DNA of 35,679 nucleotides. It comes from a candidate division WOR-3 bacterium (GTDB lineage: Bacteria > Hydrothermota > Tepidihabitantia > SM23-42 > JAOAFX01). The DNA is taken from assembly GCA_037444665.1 (NCBI GenBank), contig JBBILZ010000023.1:1-35679 (forward strand), given 5' to 3'. The stretch's first letter is position 1, and each line of letters begins with the position of its first letter. The notes beneath the pieces were generated by a model. The model was not told the DNA's origin, did not search any database, and saw only the letters and a list, made by a program, of their open reading frames with translations. Shown one piece after another: positions 10,254-19,186 of the stretch. The position numbers and the translations under genes were made by a program.

Positions 10254-10706
10254 CTAATATAACTCAATAGGTTTTGAAATTGGACCCACCTTTGCATCGC
10301 GATATTTCTCCATTCCTGCCTGATAAGTAAGATTATATCTGCCTTTGAGTCTACCAGCCTTTATTTCTATATATAATGAAAAGACTGCACCAGGATAATA
10401 TGGATAATCAGCAGTCGTGATTAATTTGTATTGATAATATGGAAGATGATTGACAGAGTCAATTTCATTAATATGCATATAGCCCGAGTAGGAACCCGTA
10501 AAATAGCTTCCTTTTATCTGCCAGTCTTTTGGTATTGTCAAATATAAATACGCCTTATCTTCACCAGATTCCCGTGATTCACCAACGATATGTCCATTTA
10601 ACCTTATTCTAAATTCTTGTCCCTGTGCAATTTTATCGGGCTGCGAGATTGAGTCTATGAAAAGATTACAGCTGGTAATACAAAATATAAACCACAAAAT
10701 TATCAT
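10254..10706 (-). CDS. Hypothetical beta-rich exported protein, possible lipoprotein
   Basis: MIILWFIFCITS-C matches the lipobox pattern; Ig-like alternating strands; alternative start 10733. Confidence 0.6.
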   Translation of the reverse strand: MIILWFIFCITSCNLFIDSISQPDKIAQGQEFRIRLNGHIVGESRESGEDKAYLYLTIPKDWQIKGSYFTGSYSGYMHINEIDSVNHLPYYQYKLITTADYPYYPGAVFSLYIEIKAGRLKGRYNLTYQAGMEKYRDAKVGPISKPIELY

Positions 10707-10787
10707 TTTGATAAAAAAGCAATTATTTAACATATTATGTTGTTTTTTTCTGTTTTATATGAATATTCCGGAGATTGGCGAATTCTT

Positions 10788-11213
10788 TCATTGGAATTTT
10801 TCCTGGTGTTTATCTCCACCTTTAACTATTTGAATGATGATTCTTATAATTCCAATAATGATAAAAATAATCCCAATGCATACCAGAATTATAAATGCCC
10901 AGAACATAGATTGTCCGGGTTTTTGTGGTCCAGTCCAGCCCGGGATCGCTATTGTGGCAAGAATCAGAAAGACAATTCCTACAATGATAAACTGCAGATT
11001 GTATCCCAAAGAAGAGCGGGGTTTTTTGTCTATCGCTTTTTGCTCTTTTCTTGCCTTGATTTTAGCTTTGAGGTCTAAGATTATAACAGCAATGAAAAAG
11101 CCGAGCCCGGCGATTATAGAATAGAGTGAAAAGATAGAACCCGCAGACAAAAGAAGAAATCCAAAAACAAATAGAAGCACTCCAATTATTATCAGCGCAA
11201 TCTTCACAATCAT
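10788..11213 (-). CDS. Small 4-TM membrane protein
   Basis: Two hydrophobic hairpins separated by a Lys-rich loop; ATGA overlap with the CHAT-2 stop. Confidence 0.7.
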   Translation of the reverse strand: MIVKIALIIIGVLLFVFGFLLLSAGSIFSLYSIIAGLGFFIAVIILDLKAKIKARKEQKAIDKKPRSSLGYNLQFIIVGIVFLILATIAIPGWTGPQKPGQSMFWAFIILVCIGIIFIIIGIIRIIIQIVKGGDKHQEKFQ

Positions 11214-14200
11214 CTCCAGTCGCCAATTAAAACAAACGGTGCCCAGTAGAAGGGATGAGAAGTCTTCGGATTCTTAAGTAAAGAAACTTGTGCCTCCTTT
11301 AATGCCTGAATCCTGCTTTTGCCTGCTTTCAAATTTTTATGAAACTGCTGCATTAAATCTGCAGTTGATTGACTTGCTACTTCCCATAATGTTGCCAGAC
11401 AACTTGAACTTCCTGCATAGATAAATCCAAATGCCAGACTAACCACTTCATCGCCTGCAACCAATTTTCCTTCAGCAGTCTCACATGCTGACAATACAAC
11501 CAGTGGACATTCCTTTAAATCCAGACCCCAGATCTCTTCTACTTTTAATTGCCCTTTTTCACCTTTTGGTGCCAGCACCAGATATGATGATGTGGGGTCA
11601 TAAGGAATTGAAACACCATGTGTGGCAAAGTGTAGAATCTTACAGCCTAAAGTTTTAAAGACACTATCTTTTACTGCTTTATCCTGATACAGATTTAAAA
11701 ATTCAGGATACAGACTGGAAATATTCTTCACCTCGTTTTCTGCTTCAGGAAGGGTTCCATCAGCATTAGCAAAGGCAATAAATGGTGCTGATGCAAGATC
11801 ACAACCTTCCTGCTGGGCAACAATTGCAAATAGACTGGTTGAATTTATATAGAAAATATCATATTTCTCGCCTAAAAATTCTTTTTCTTTTGCCTTTTTA
11901 AGGGCACTGAATGGTAAATAATACAATTGTTGATTCGGTATAATACCGATAATCTCAACCCCTGAAAGTTCAGGTTCAACAGGCTCAATCAGATATTTGT
12001 ATAATTCATTAGCATATTCTATAATATCATCAATTGAGGACCTGTTTTTGATTAAGGTGCGATACTCATCAATTAAGTTAGCAATTTTTGTCTGTTTAAT
12101 TGAAACCTTTTTGATGGATAAATCATAGGGTTTCACGATGAAAATGTATAATTCCTCTTCACCGAGTAAATACTGCAGGACCACCATATTGTCAGCAATA
12201 ATGCCCATATCCTGCAACTCTTTTAGGTTTGATGGCTCAGCATTGACAATGGTAAACAACTTGGGGTTTTCGGTCTTTAATCTATGGATATACTTTTTGA
12301 ATTCACGGGCCTTCTTCTGGATTATCGTATCTGTAGATGCCCCCTGTTTTTCCTCTTTTTTAAGTTCTAATTTCATCTCTTCAATCTCTTTTTTGCGCTT
12401 CTTTAATTCATCCATCTCTTTTTTTCTTTCAGGATTCACTGGATTTACTTCCATCTTTTCAAAGTCTTCGTTCATTTTTATCAGAATCAACTTTTCAGTG
12501 AGTTTATGCGCCTCCTCATAGTTGCCTTCAGCAACTGCAGAACGAATCAAGCCATAATATGCTCTGTCCCTGCTTTCCTGTTCCCTGATATTTGTTGCGC
12601 CAATCTTATCAAAACCATCTACTGCCTCTTTAAAAGACGCCTTACCAAGTTCAGTATGGCAGACCCCGGTTCCTGAAGCGATCATAGCCTTCAACCGGTC
12701 GCGTGGTGCTCGCTGCCCCATAAAAATCGCAAGTACTGTGGAAACACGATAATTGAGTTCATTACGGGCATTATTAAAATTCTTCAATGCCTCTTTATAA
12801 TTTTTTTTCTTTAGATTAAGTTCACCCAAGAGATAATAAGTATATGCATCAGGAAATTTTATTTCAAATTCTGACCTCTCCTCATTGGATAAAGAATTAC
12901 ATATTTGTATTGCTTGTTTTAAAAATTTTTCAGCCTCATTATATTTTGCTGAATAAATACAGGCATCAGCAAGCATCCACAATGATTCAAGGATAATTTT
13001 ATAATATTTGCTTTTCTGTGCGTTATTTAAGGCAAGTTCAGCATACCTCTCTTCATTTTCATAGTCTTTTGTGGACTGGGATATTGTAGCCAATTTCAGA
13101 TAAAATTGGGATGCTATTTCTGGGCTGAAATTATATCTAATAAATTTAGATTCAAGTGCGGAAATGTCTTTTTGTGAAAACAAATAAGGTAATGCGTTTA
13201 AAGCACTCTGTATGCCAACTTCATCATTCTGTTTTATTCCTTTTGCGATCAACTCAATGAATTCATCCATTGAGGGACTGAGATGTTTTTTCAACTTTTT
13301 ATGAAGTCCCAGAAACCCAATTAAAATCTCTGTTTGCGTATATCCTATTGCCTCAACAGTATTTATTCTTTCACCGAGTAATAGAAGGTTAATACAGGCT
13401 GGTTCTTTGTATGCCATTTCTTCATAAGAAAGAAAATTATATAACAGAGATTTTATTGTTTCATCAGTATTAATAAAAAGAAGAGTATACAATGCTGAAT
13501 CCCAGTAGTATGTTTTTCTTGGGTCAGTAAGAATTGATTTAATTCTTGGTAATACCCGATCTTCACCATTCAGGGCTAATTTTAAAGCAAGATAATCCTT
13601 CAGACTGTCAGAAATTTCAGAATCTTCATAACATCTTAGAATTGCCTGTATTGCTTCTATGCTGTTAATTTTGAACAACAAATTTATTATTTCAATCTTT
13701 ATCTCGTCATTACTCCCCTGAAGTAATGGAACAATATAAGGCACAATATAAGGGTCCGCCATTATACCCAAATCACGCCAATGTTCATCTTTCACCATCA
13801 CGGGTATTCCGCTCTTATCTTCAAGCATCCATAAAGACCAGGCAGCAAGTCGCCTTGCCTCTTTCTGATTTGAATCAGCAAGCGCTCTCTTTAAAATTGG
13901 AATAGCACTTTCATCACCAATAACTCCCAATGATAGTATTGCAAAGTCGTATGCCGTGCCATAGGCACTACCTGTTGCTTCAGCGCCGATTTCAAGTTGA
14001 TGCTCAAGAATCTTAATGAGCATCTCAATTGAACGGGGTGACGGAATATACATCAATCCATTTGCAATATCCTTTTCATTTGTTTCAAGATAGGGTAATA
14101 TATAATTTAGTGCCCGTTCATCGCCAGTCATACAGAGCACTTTAATGAACCTGCTCTTATCCCTGAATGTCTTTGAAATATTTAATAACTTCTCAAAAAT

Positions 14201-14743
14201 CTCTTGGTTGTGAAATTCAGCGAGTAATTCACAATAATCAGCCTTTACTTCTTCCGGCAGGTTTGTATTATAAACAAAATCAAAGAGAATGGGAATTGCA
14301 TCCTGACCATAAATTCGTCTTAAATAGAAACCCAGAGAGCGCAGAAGTCCTTCACTAAAGAGCGGAATTGAATCAAATCCTGCAATTATTTTGCTATAAT
14401 CCTTAACAAAGTTGACAATCAATCTGCCAATCTCAGTATCTCCAGTTTTAATGCTGGATGTGAGAATATTGATGTCCCAGGAGATTGAAAAGTTATTAAG
14501 ATAATCTGGATATTTCAGAAGGTATTCAAATACTGTTGACAGGATATTCTTTAATTCTTCTTTTGAGGCATAATTAAGGATATAATGACCCACACTATCT
14601 TCTATCATATCAGTTATTTCATCTGACCCCCCTTTTTCTAACCAGTAAGATAATCTTTCTAAATGTGTTAAATTTTTATATTGGTCTTGTGCAGATGAGC
14701 CATTAAAAATGAGTAAAGCACTAATAATACAGGCAAAGAACAT
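11210..14743 (-). CDS. HEAT-repeat + TPR + CHAT protease (CHAT-2)
   Basis: Signal peptide ending SSA-QD; HEAT-like repeats (AILSLGVIGDESAIPILKRAL...ARRLAAWSL); TPRs; coiled coil; dyad LHFATHG / LSACET; HPFYWAPFVLIGDW. Confidence 0.88.
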   Translation of the reverse strand: MFFACIISALLIFNGSSAQDQYKNLTHLERLSYWLEKGGSDEITDMIEDSVGHYILNYASKEELKNILSTVFEYLLKYPDYLNNFSISWDINILTSSIKTGDTEIGRLIVNFVKDYSKIIAGFDSIPLFSEGLLRSLGFYLRRIYGQDAIPILFDFVYNTNLPEEVKADYCELLAEFHNQEIFEKLLNISKTFRDKSRFIKVLCMTGDERALNYILPYLETNEKDIANGLMYIPSPRSIEMLIKILEHQLEIGAEATGSAYGTAYDFAILSLGVIGDESAIPILKRALADSNQKEARRLAAWSLWMLEDKSGIPVMVKDEHWRDLGIMADPYIVPYIVPLLQGSNDEIKIEIINLLFKINSIEAIQAILRCYEDSEISDSLKDYLALKLALNGEDRVLPRIKSILTDPRKTYYWDSALYTLLFINTDETIKSLLYNFLSYEEMAYKEPACINLLLLGERINTVEAIGYTQTEILIGFLGLHKKLKKHLSPSMDEFIELIAKGIKQNDEVGIQSALNALPYLFSQKDISALESKFIRYNFSPEIASQFYLKLATISQSTKDYENEERYAELALNNAQKSKYYKIILESLWMLADACIYSAKYNEAEKFLKQAIQICNSLSNEERSEFEIKFPDAYTYYLLGELNLKKKNYKEALKNFNNARNELNYRVSTVLAIFMGQRAPRDRLKAMIASGTGVCHTELGKASFKEAVDGFDKIGATNIREQESRDRAYYGLIRSAVAEGNYEEAHKLTEKLILIKMNEDFEKMEVNPVNPERKKEMDELKKRKKEIEEMKLELKKEEKQGASTDTIIQKKAREFKKYIHRLKTENPKLFTIVNAEPSNLKELQDMGIIADNMVVLQYLLGEEELYIFIVKPYDLSIKKVSIKQTKIANLIDEYRTLIKNRSSIDDIIEYANELYKYLIEPVEPELSGVEIIGIIPNQQLYYLPFSALKKAKEKEFLGEKYDIFYINSTSLFAIVAQQEGCDLASAPFIAFANADGTLPEAENEVKNISSLYPEFLNLYQDKAVKDSVFKTLGCKILHFATHGVSIPYDPTSSYLVLAPKGEKGQLKVEEIWGLDLKECPLVVLSACETAEGKLVAGDEVVSLAFGFIYAGSSSCLATLWEVASQSTADLMQQFHKNLKAGKSRIQALKEAQVSLLKNPKTSHPFYWAPFVLIGDWR

Positions 14744-14745
14744 TT

Positions 14746-16701
14746 TTAGAAATTAGTATTAAATTGAACATACGGCGAAATTTTTTCCTGGACTGCGTAT
14801 ACCTGTTCCTGCCAGACATAGGTTCGTTCGTAGAGTAAATTTATTGAGAAGAGTCCTTTTAAGAACTTCAGACCAGCAATGCCGGCAATATAGGTATTCT
14901 CATCCATCTCTGTCAGTGTATTAAAATCATCAAATTTATATTTGTAGAAAATACCCTGTAAAATTACCGGAACATCTTCATTGTCTACTACAAAAGCACG
15001 AACCGCAAATACACCACTTGAATCAATATCCGTAACGCTCTGGTAATCTGCAGATAATTTGAAGATGGATGCAAGATTTAACCCACTTGTTATATAGAAA
15101 CCAAGCGCATCTTTCTGGTATCTACTCAGCGCAATATCACGGATATTAGCGGCATATTGGAGCCGTTCCTTTTCATAGAATGCATCAAAAGGTGCTGGTT
15201 CAAAATCCTTTCCCAGAACCAGGCCTGCACCATAAATTGATAATGAAATATCTTTTTTACCCATTCCGCCAAATTGCAAAAACAAACCAGAGACATTGCC
15301 ATACCCGTGTGATACGGTTTTCGCAACTTCGCTGGCAATAAGAAAATGGAGCGCACCATGAGAGGCAATATAAAATAGTAGGTCTCCGCCAAGAACCTGA
15401 TAATCATATTCATTGTCCTGGGCATATGTAAAGCCGAGTTCCAGGCGCTGCAATAATTCCTCAGGATACTGTGCCCACTTACCCAGATAGATATGCCCTA
15501 TTGTTACCTCCATTGGTGAGAGGTTATTAATCATTCCGGTAACACCGATTGCATTATCTTTGGTCTGGAGTGTAAATAGACCACCCATCTTTCTATTATT
15601 TTCATCTGCCTGGTTAAAGTAATTGCGCACAATCAAGCCATAACCAAGTGTATAATTATTTATCACGCCTGTTCCGATATAAAACGGCAGGTTTGGATGT
15701 CCTACACGCACACTCTGAAAGACCTTTTTATAATCCCATTCTTTTGAACGGATGCTATCCTTATTTATTAAAAAATCAAATGCTAAATTAAAACCAAACC
15801 ATTTTGTCTCCATTGCTGGTCTTGATTTTATGGAAAGCCAGCGTTCTTTATTAATGGTGGTAAGACCTGTGCCCAAATTCAAATCAAAAGGTTTTCTCAC
15901 CATCTCGGCAATCCGTTCTTCTGGTCGGACGAGTTTTTGAACAATGATATCCAGCGTTGATATAATAAATGGAATATCTGCCTTTTCGCCCCGGATTGGC
16001 AGGACATCGCTCAGGTCAATCTCTTTTAATTCCGGTTTTAATTTATATGCGAGATTCCTTTCTGCCTCTGCTTCTTTTATCATTCCCTTTCTTTCTAAGA
16101 CAAGACTGTAATATAGATGTGCTTCAGGATATAGTGAATCAAGTCTTATCGCATTTACAAAGAATTCTTCAGCAGTACTGTCATTGCCCTGGGCAAGCAT
16201 TACTACACCCAATCCACACTGGATAATCGGATTAGCAGGTTCAAGGGTTTGTGCCTGATGGAAATCCTGTATTGCCATATCAAAATTCTTTTTTCGGTAA
16301 TGAAGATGTCCAAGGTTAATATAGATGACTGCCCGTTGTGGATAAAGAAGTTTTTCTCTATTGAAATAAAGAATAGCAGAATCTTCTTCTCCCAATCGTG
16401 CATAAAAATCCTCTATCAAATAGTAGGCATCGGTTAGTGTAGTGTCAAAAAGAACTGCTTTTTTGAGATGCGGGATTGCCTCGGCATATTGTCTATTCTT
16501 TCCATAAGCACTAGCAAGTGCCAGACGATAAACGCCATTTGTCGGTTCAAGTTTTACTGCAGTGTAGTATTGCTCAATTGCCTTAGCATAATCCTGGTCA
16601 TTGTAATGTTCGTTGCCCTTGATAAAATATTCCGTGGCAATATCAATGTGTGCTGACCATAGAATTGTCGCAATTGAAATTAAAAAAATAAAATATCTCA
16701 T
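14746..16701 (-). CDS. TPR protein with a C-terminal probable outer-membrane beta-barrel
   Basis: Signal peptide; about 6 TPRs; about 380 aa of amphipathic beta-strands; terminal YVQFNTNF ending in Phe. Confidence 0.7.
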   Translation of the reverse strand: MRYFIFLISIATILWSAHIDIATEYFIKGNEHYNDQDYAKAIEQYYTAVKLEPTNGVYRLALASAYGKNRQYAEAIPHLKKAVLFDTTLTDAYYLIEDFYARLGEEDSAILYFNREKLLYPQRAVIYINLGHLHYRKKNFDMAIQDFHQAQTLEPANPIIQCGLGVVMLAQGNDSTAEEFFVNAIRLDSLYPEAHLYYSLVLERKGMIKEAEAERNLAYKLKPELKEIDLSDVLPIRGEKADIPFIISTLDIIVQKLVRPEERIAEMVRKPFDLNLGTGLTTINKERWLSIKSRPAMETKWFGFNLAFDFLINKDSIRSKEWDYKKVFQSVRVGHPNLPFYIGTGVINNYTLGYGLIVRNYFNQADENNRKMGGLFTLQTKDNAIGVTGMINNLSPMEVTIGHIYLGKWAQYPEELLQRLELGFTYAQDNEYDYQVLGGDLLFYIASHGALHFLIASEVAKTVSHGYGNVSGLFLQFGGMGKKDISLSIYGAGLVLGKDFEPAPFDAFYEKERLQYAANIRDIALSRYQKDALGFYITSGLNLASIFKLSADYQSVTDIDSSGVFAVRAFVVDNEDVPVILQGIFYKYKFDDFNTLTEMDENTYIAGIAGLKFLKGLFSINLLYERTYVWQEQVYAVQEKISPYVQFNTNF

Positions 16702-18419
16702 AAATCCTCCAGTGCTTCCACAATCTGAAACTGGGTAACCTTATCATCATAAACATTAAAGAGCAAACCATATTTGTTATAAACCCACTGCTGAACATCT
16801 TTTTGCTGTATAATATCATCTGGTGCACCGTATGCATTATGTAATTCTGTAATTAAAGAACCAATTCCTATTCCCTTTGAAGTCTTCTCTAAAAACCCTG
16901 GTTGTGCAAGGATGCCGCTCACTTTTCCATTCCTGATAAATATTACCATTTTTTTGTTCACATATTCCAGTGCCCGCATCTTTTCGAGTCCCATCTCTTC
17001 ATCTGGTTCTCCCAATTTTTTGTGCACGCTATCTTCAGGCATACCCAAAATTATTCCACAGATTGTATTTTCGGGTATGATTTCAATCCCTTTTGGTTTA
17101 TTTTTTTTATCAAGCTTTGCGAGATGCTCTATTGCCTTTTTATTATAGCCTGAAACATTGAGTAATTCTTTCCAGATTTCTATTGCCAGGTCTTTTCTAT
17201 CAATTGCCTCATAAGCAATCGCAAGATTATGTTTTGGCATAGGCCAGTTCGGATTTATGTCAATTGCCTTTTCATATAATTCAATAGCATCAGTGTAATT
17301 CCTTTTTAAAAATAAAATGTTCCCTAAGTTATTATAAAATATATGCTCTGCCTTTTTAACTTCCAATGCTTTTTTGGTTAGTTCAATCGCCTTTTCATGC
17401 TCCTTACGCAGTGCATAGATGATACCCATATTAGAGTAATAGACAATGTTATATGCGCTATCTAATTCCAGTGCCTTTTTAAATGCCTCTTCCGCATAGA
17501 GCAGTTCTTCTGGTTCCCCTCTCAGACGATTATCCGGTTCTGTGTAGTAAATGGTCATAAAGAGAACCGGTGGAAGTTCCATTTTTGACATTCCTTCAAA
17601 TAGATATGCGGTTGCTAAATTGGCCCATCCCCAGGCACTGTTAGAAAAAGTTGTTGTAAATAATCTAAAATAGTTTATTGCATCATTATACCTACCTTCA
17701 TTCAGTGCCTCTACGCCAAAATACCACTGGTCAAAGTCCCGCTCTATCTGTGCACGAATTTCATACAAATGAGCAATCCGCTCCGTGAGTCGGGGATGGT
17801 CATTATACTTCTCATCACCCGGTGCTATGTCACCGAGGAGTTCTCGTATTCTTTTATAAAATTTTATTATTGATTCAAAATCATAACCTGCGCGCATTGC
17901 ATAAATAATGCCATATTCATCCGCTTCAAATTCCTGTTCGCGGGTATATCCTTTTTTTAGAATCTCAACAAAGTCATCAGGAATAATAATACTTTCTCCC
18001 TTTACGAAGTTTTCAAGGCGCATCAATGCAACTGAATGGCGCAAGTAAATGTGTGCAACCTCATGGCCTACAATACCTGCAAGCATTGATTGTGTTTCCT
18101 CAGTTTTTAAAGAATCAAGTGCGATGAGTAAACCTGATGTTACATATATTGGTCCGGCAGGCAAGGCAAAGGCATTTATCACATCAGAATTTAAAATTTT
18201 ACATTTAAAAACCATCCTTATATCAGATGATTGCATAACCTTCTGGACTACTGCTTTAACACGCTCAACTAAAATTGTATCATTTATAATTCCATTTTCT
18301 TCTTCAATCTGCTTTGCCGCATCCTCGCTCGCCTTAATAATAAATGTTGGAGTTGAGTTAGGCTGTTGGGCATAAGAAACTATGATGAAGAATATAATAA
18401 GACAAATTAATTTTTTCAT
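16698..18419 (-). CDS. M48 (BepA/YfgC-like) zinc metalloprotease with TPRs and a duplicated C-terminal module
   Basis: Signal MKKLICLIIFFIIVSYA; INAFALPAG, HEVAH, REQEFEAD, HPRLTERI; TPRs; GIILGM...KLGEPD and KGIGIGS...AYGAPD; SD GGAG. Confidence 0.88.
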   Translation of the reverse strand: MKKLICLIIFFIIVSYAQQPNSTPTFIIKASEDAAKQIEEENGIINDTILVERVKAVVQKVMQSSDIRMVFKCKILNSDVINAFALPAGPIYVTSGLLIALDSLKTEETQSMLAGIVGHEVAHIYLRHSVALMRLENFVKGESIIIPDDFVEILKKGYTREQEFEADEYGIIYAMRAGYDFESIIKFYKRIRELLGDIAPGDEKYNDHPRLTERIAHLYEIRAQIERDFDQWYFGVEALNEGRYNDAINYFRLFTTTFSNSAWGWANLATAYLFEGMSKMELPPVLFMTIYYTEPDNRLRGEPEELLYAEEAFKKALELDSAYNIVYYSNMGIIYALRKEHEKAIELTKKALEVKKAEHIFYNNLGNILFLKRNYTDAIELYEKAIDINPNWPMPKHNLAIAYEAIDRKDLAIEIWKELLNVSGYNKKAIEHLAKLDKKNKPKGIEIIPENTICGIILGMPEDSVHKKLGEPDEEMGLEKMRALEYVNKKMVIFIRNGKVSGILAQPGFLEKTSKGIGIGSLITELHNAYGAPDDIIQQKDVQQWVYNKYGLLFNVYDDKVTQFQIVEALEDL

Positions 18420-18430
18420 TCTATCTCCCC

Positions 18431-18455
18431 GGGGCACGGCATTATGCCGTGCCCC
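18431..18455. repeat. Perfect GC-rich intra-operon hairpin
   Basis: GGGGCACGGCAT-T-ATGCCGTGCCCC; no U-tract follows on the coding (minus) strand. Confidence 0.85.
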
Positions 18456-18467
18456 ATTTTAATCATT

Positions 18468-19160
18468 CTAATCCCAGAGATTCCAGGTAAATGTCTCGCC
18501 TTCAGAAATATCCTGGTAGACCGGACCCCAGAAATAGTCAGTATAGGTTCCTTCTCCATAAAGTTTGGTATATCCTTCCCAGATTTTGAAATATGAATAG
18601 TATCCTGGTGAGAGGGTTCCTTTGTACCAACCATCAATATATATATCTATTGTCCAAGAAGAATTGTTATTTACACGAACCCAGCAATAACCTCTGGTCC
18701 CGCCGGCAAGTGCTTCGTATTCTTTGGCAAGTTTTGTATATTCATCAGATTTTGCCTTATTTCCTGCTTCAGTATAAGTATCAGCAAGGGTCTTTGCCAG
18801 CTTTGCATTTTTCTGATCTTTTGCCAGATCACCAACTTCATTGAATAAAGCTTCAGCAGTTATCACGGTACTCTTTTTGCCGGTTGTTTTTTCAGCAAAG
18901 AACAGAAGTTTGGCTGCAGCAAGCAGGTCAAAACCATCCTTCTGGTGCCTTGCATCATCAACCATCGCCCCGATATCAGAAAGGAAGTCATAGGTCGGGT
19001 CAAATTCATCCTGGATGTTTTTATATTTCAGTTTTTCAACTGTGAGGGGAGATGACCCGGTCTTCTGCTCAACACCCTTACCTTTCTGAGCAAAAACAAA
19101 CCCTGGGACGACCAGCATTGCAATCACGAAGATTGCTATTATTTTAGATATGGCTTTCAT
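18468..19160 (-). CDS. Secreted 230-aa hypothetical protein: helical domain + GGTRG linker + aromatic-rich beta domain
   Basis: SD AAAGGAGGT 3 nt before ATG 19160; signal peptide ending VFA-Q. Confidence 0.85.
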   Translation of the reverse strand: MKAISKIIAIFVIAMLVVPGFVFAQKGKGVEQKTGSSPLTVEKLKYKNIQDEFDPTYDFLSDIGAMVDDARHQKDGFDLLAAAKLLFFAEKTTGKKSTVITAEALFNEVGDLAKDQKNAKLAKTLADTYTEAGNKAKSDEYTKLAKEYEALAGGTRGYCWVRVNNNSSWTIDIYIDGWYKGTLSPGYYSYFKIWEGYTKLYGEGTYTDYFWGPVYQDISEGETFTWNLWD

Positions 19161-19186
19161 TTTACCTCCTTTGTTTATAGCCATTA

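Noticed and set aside
18431..18455. Hairpin as an intrinsic terminator of the operon
   Set aside because: On the coding strand it is followed by GGGGAGATAGAATG, not a U-tract
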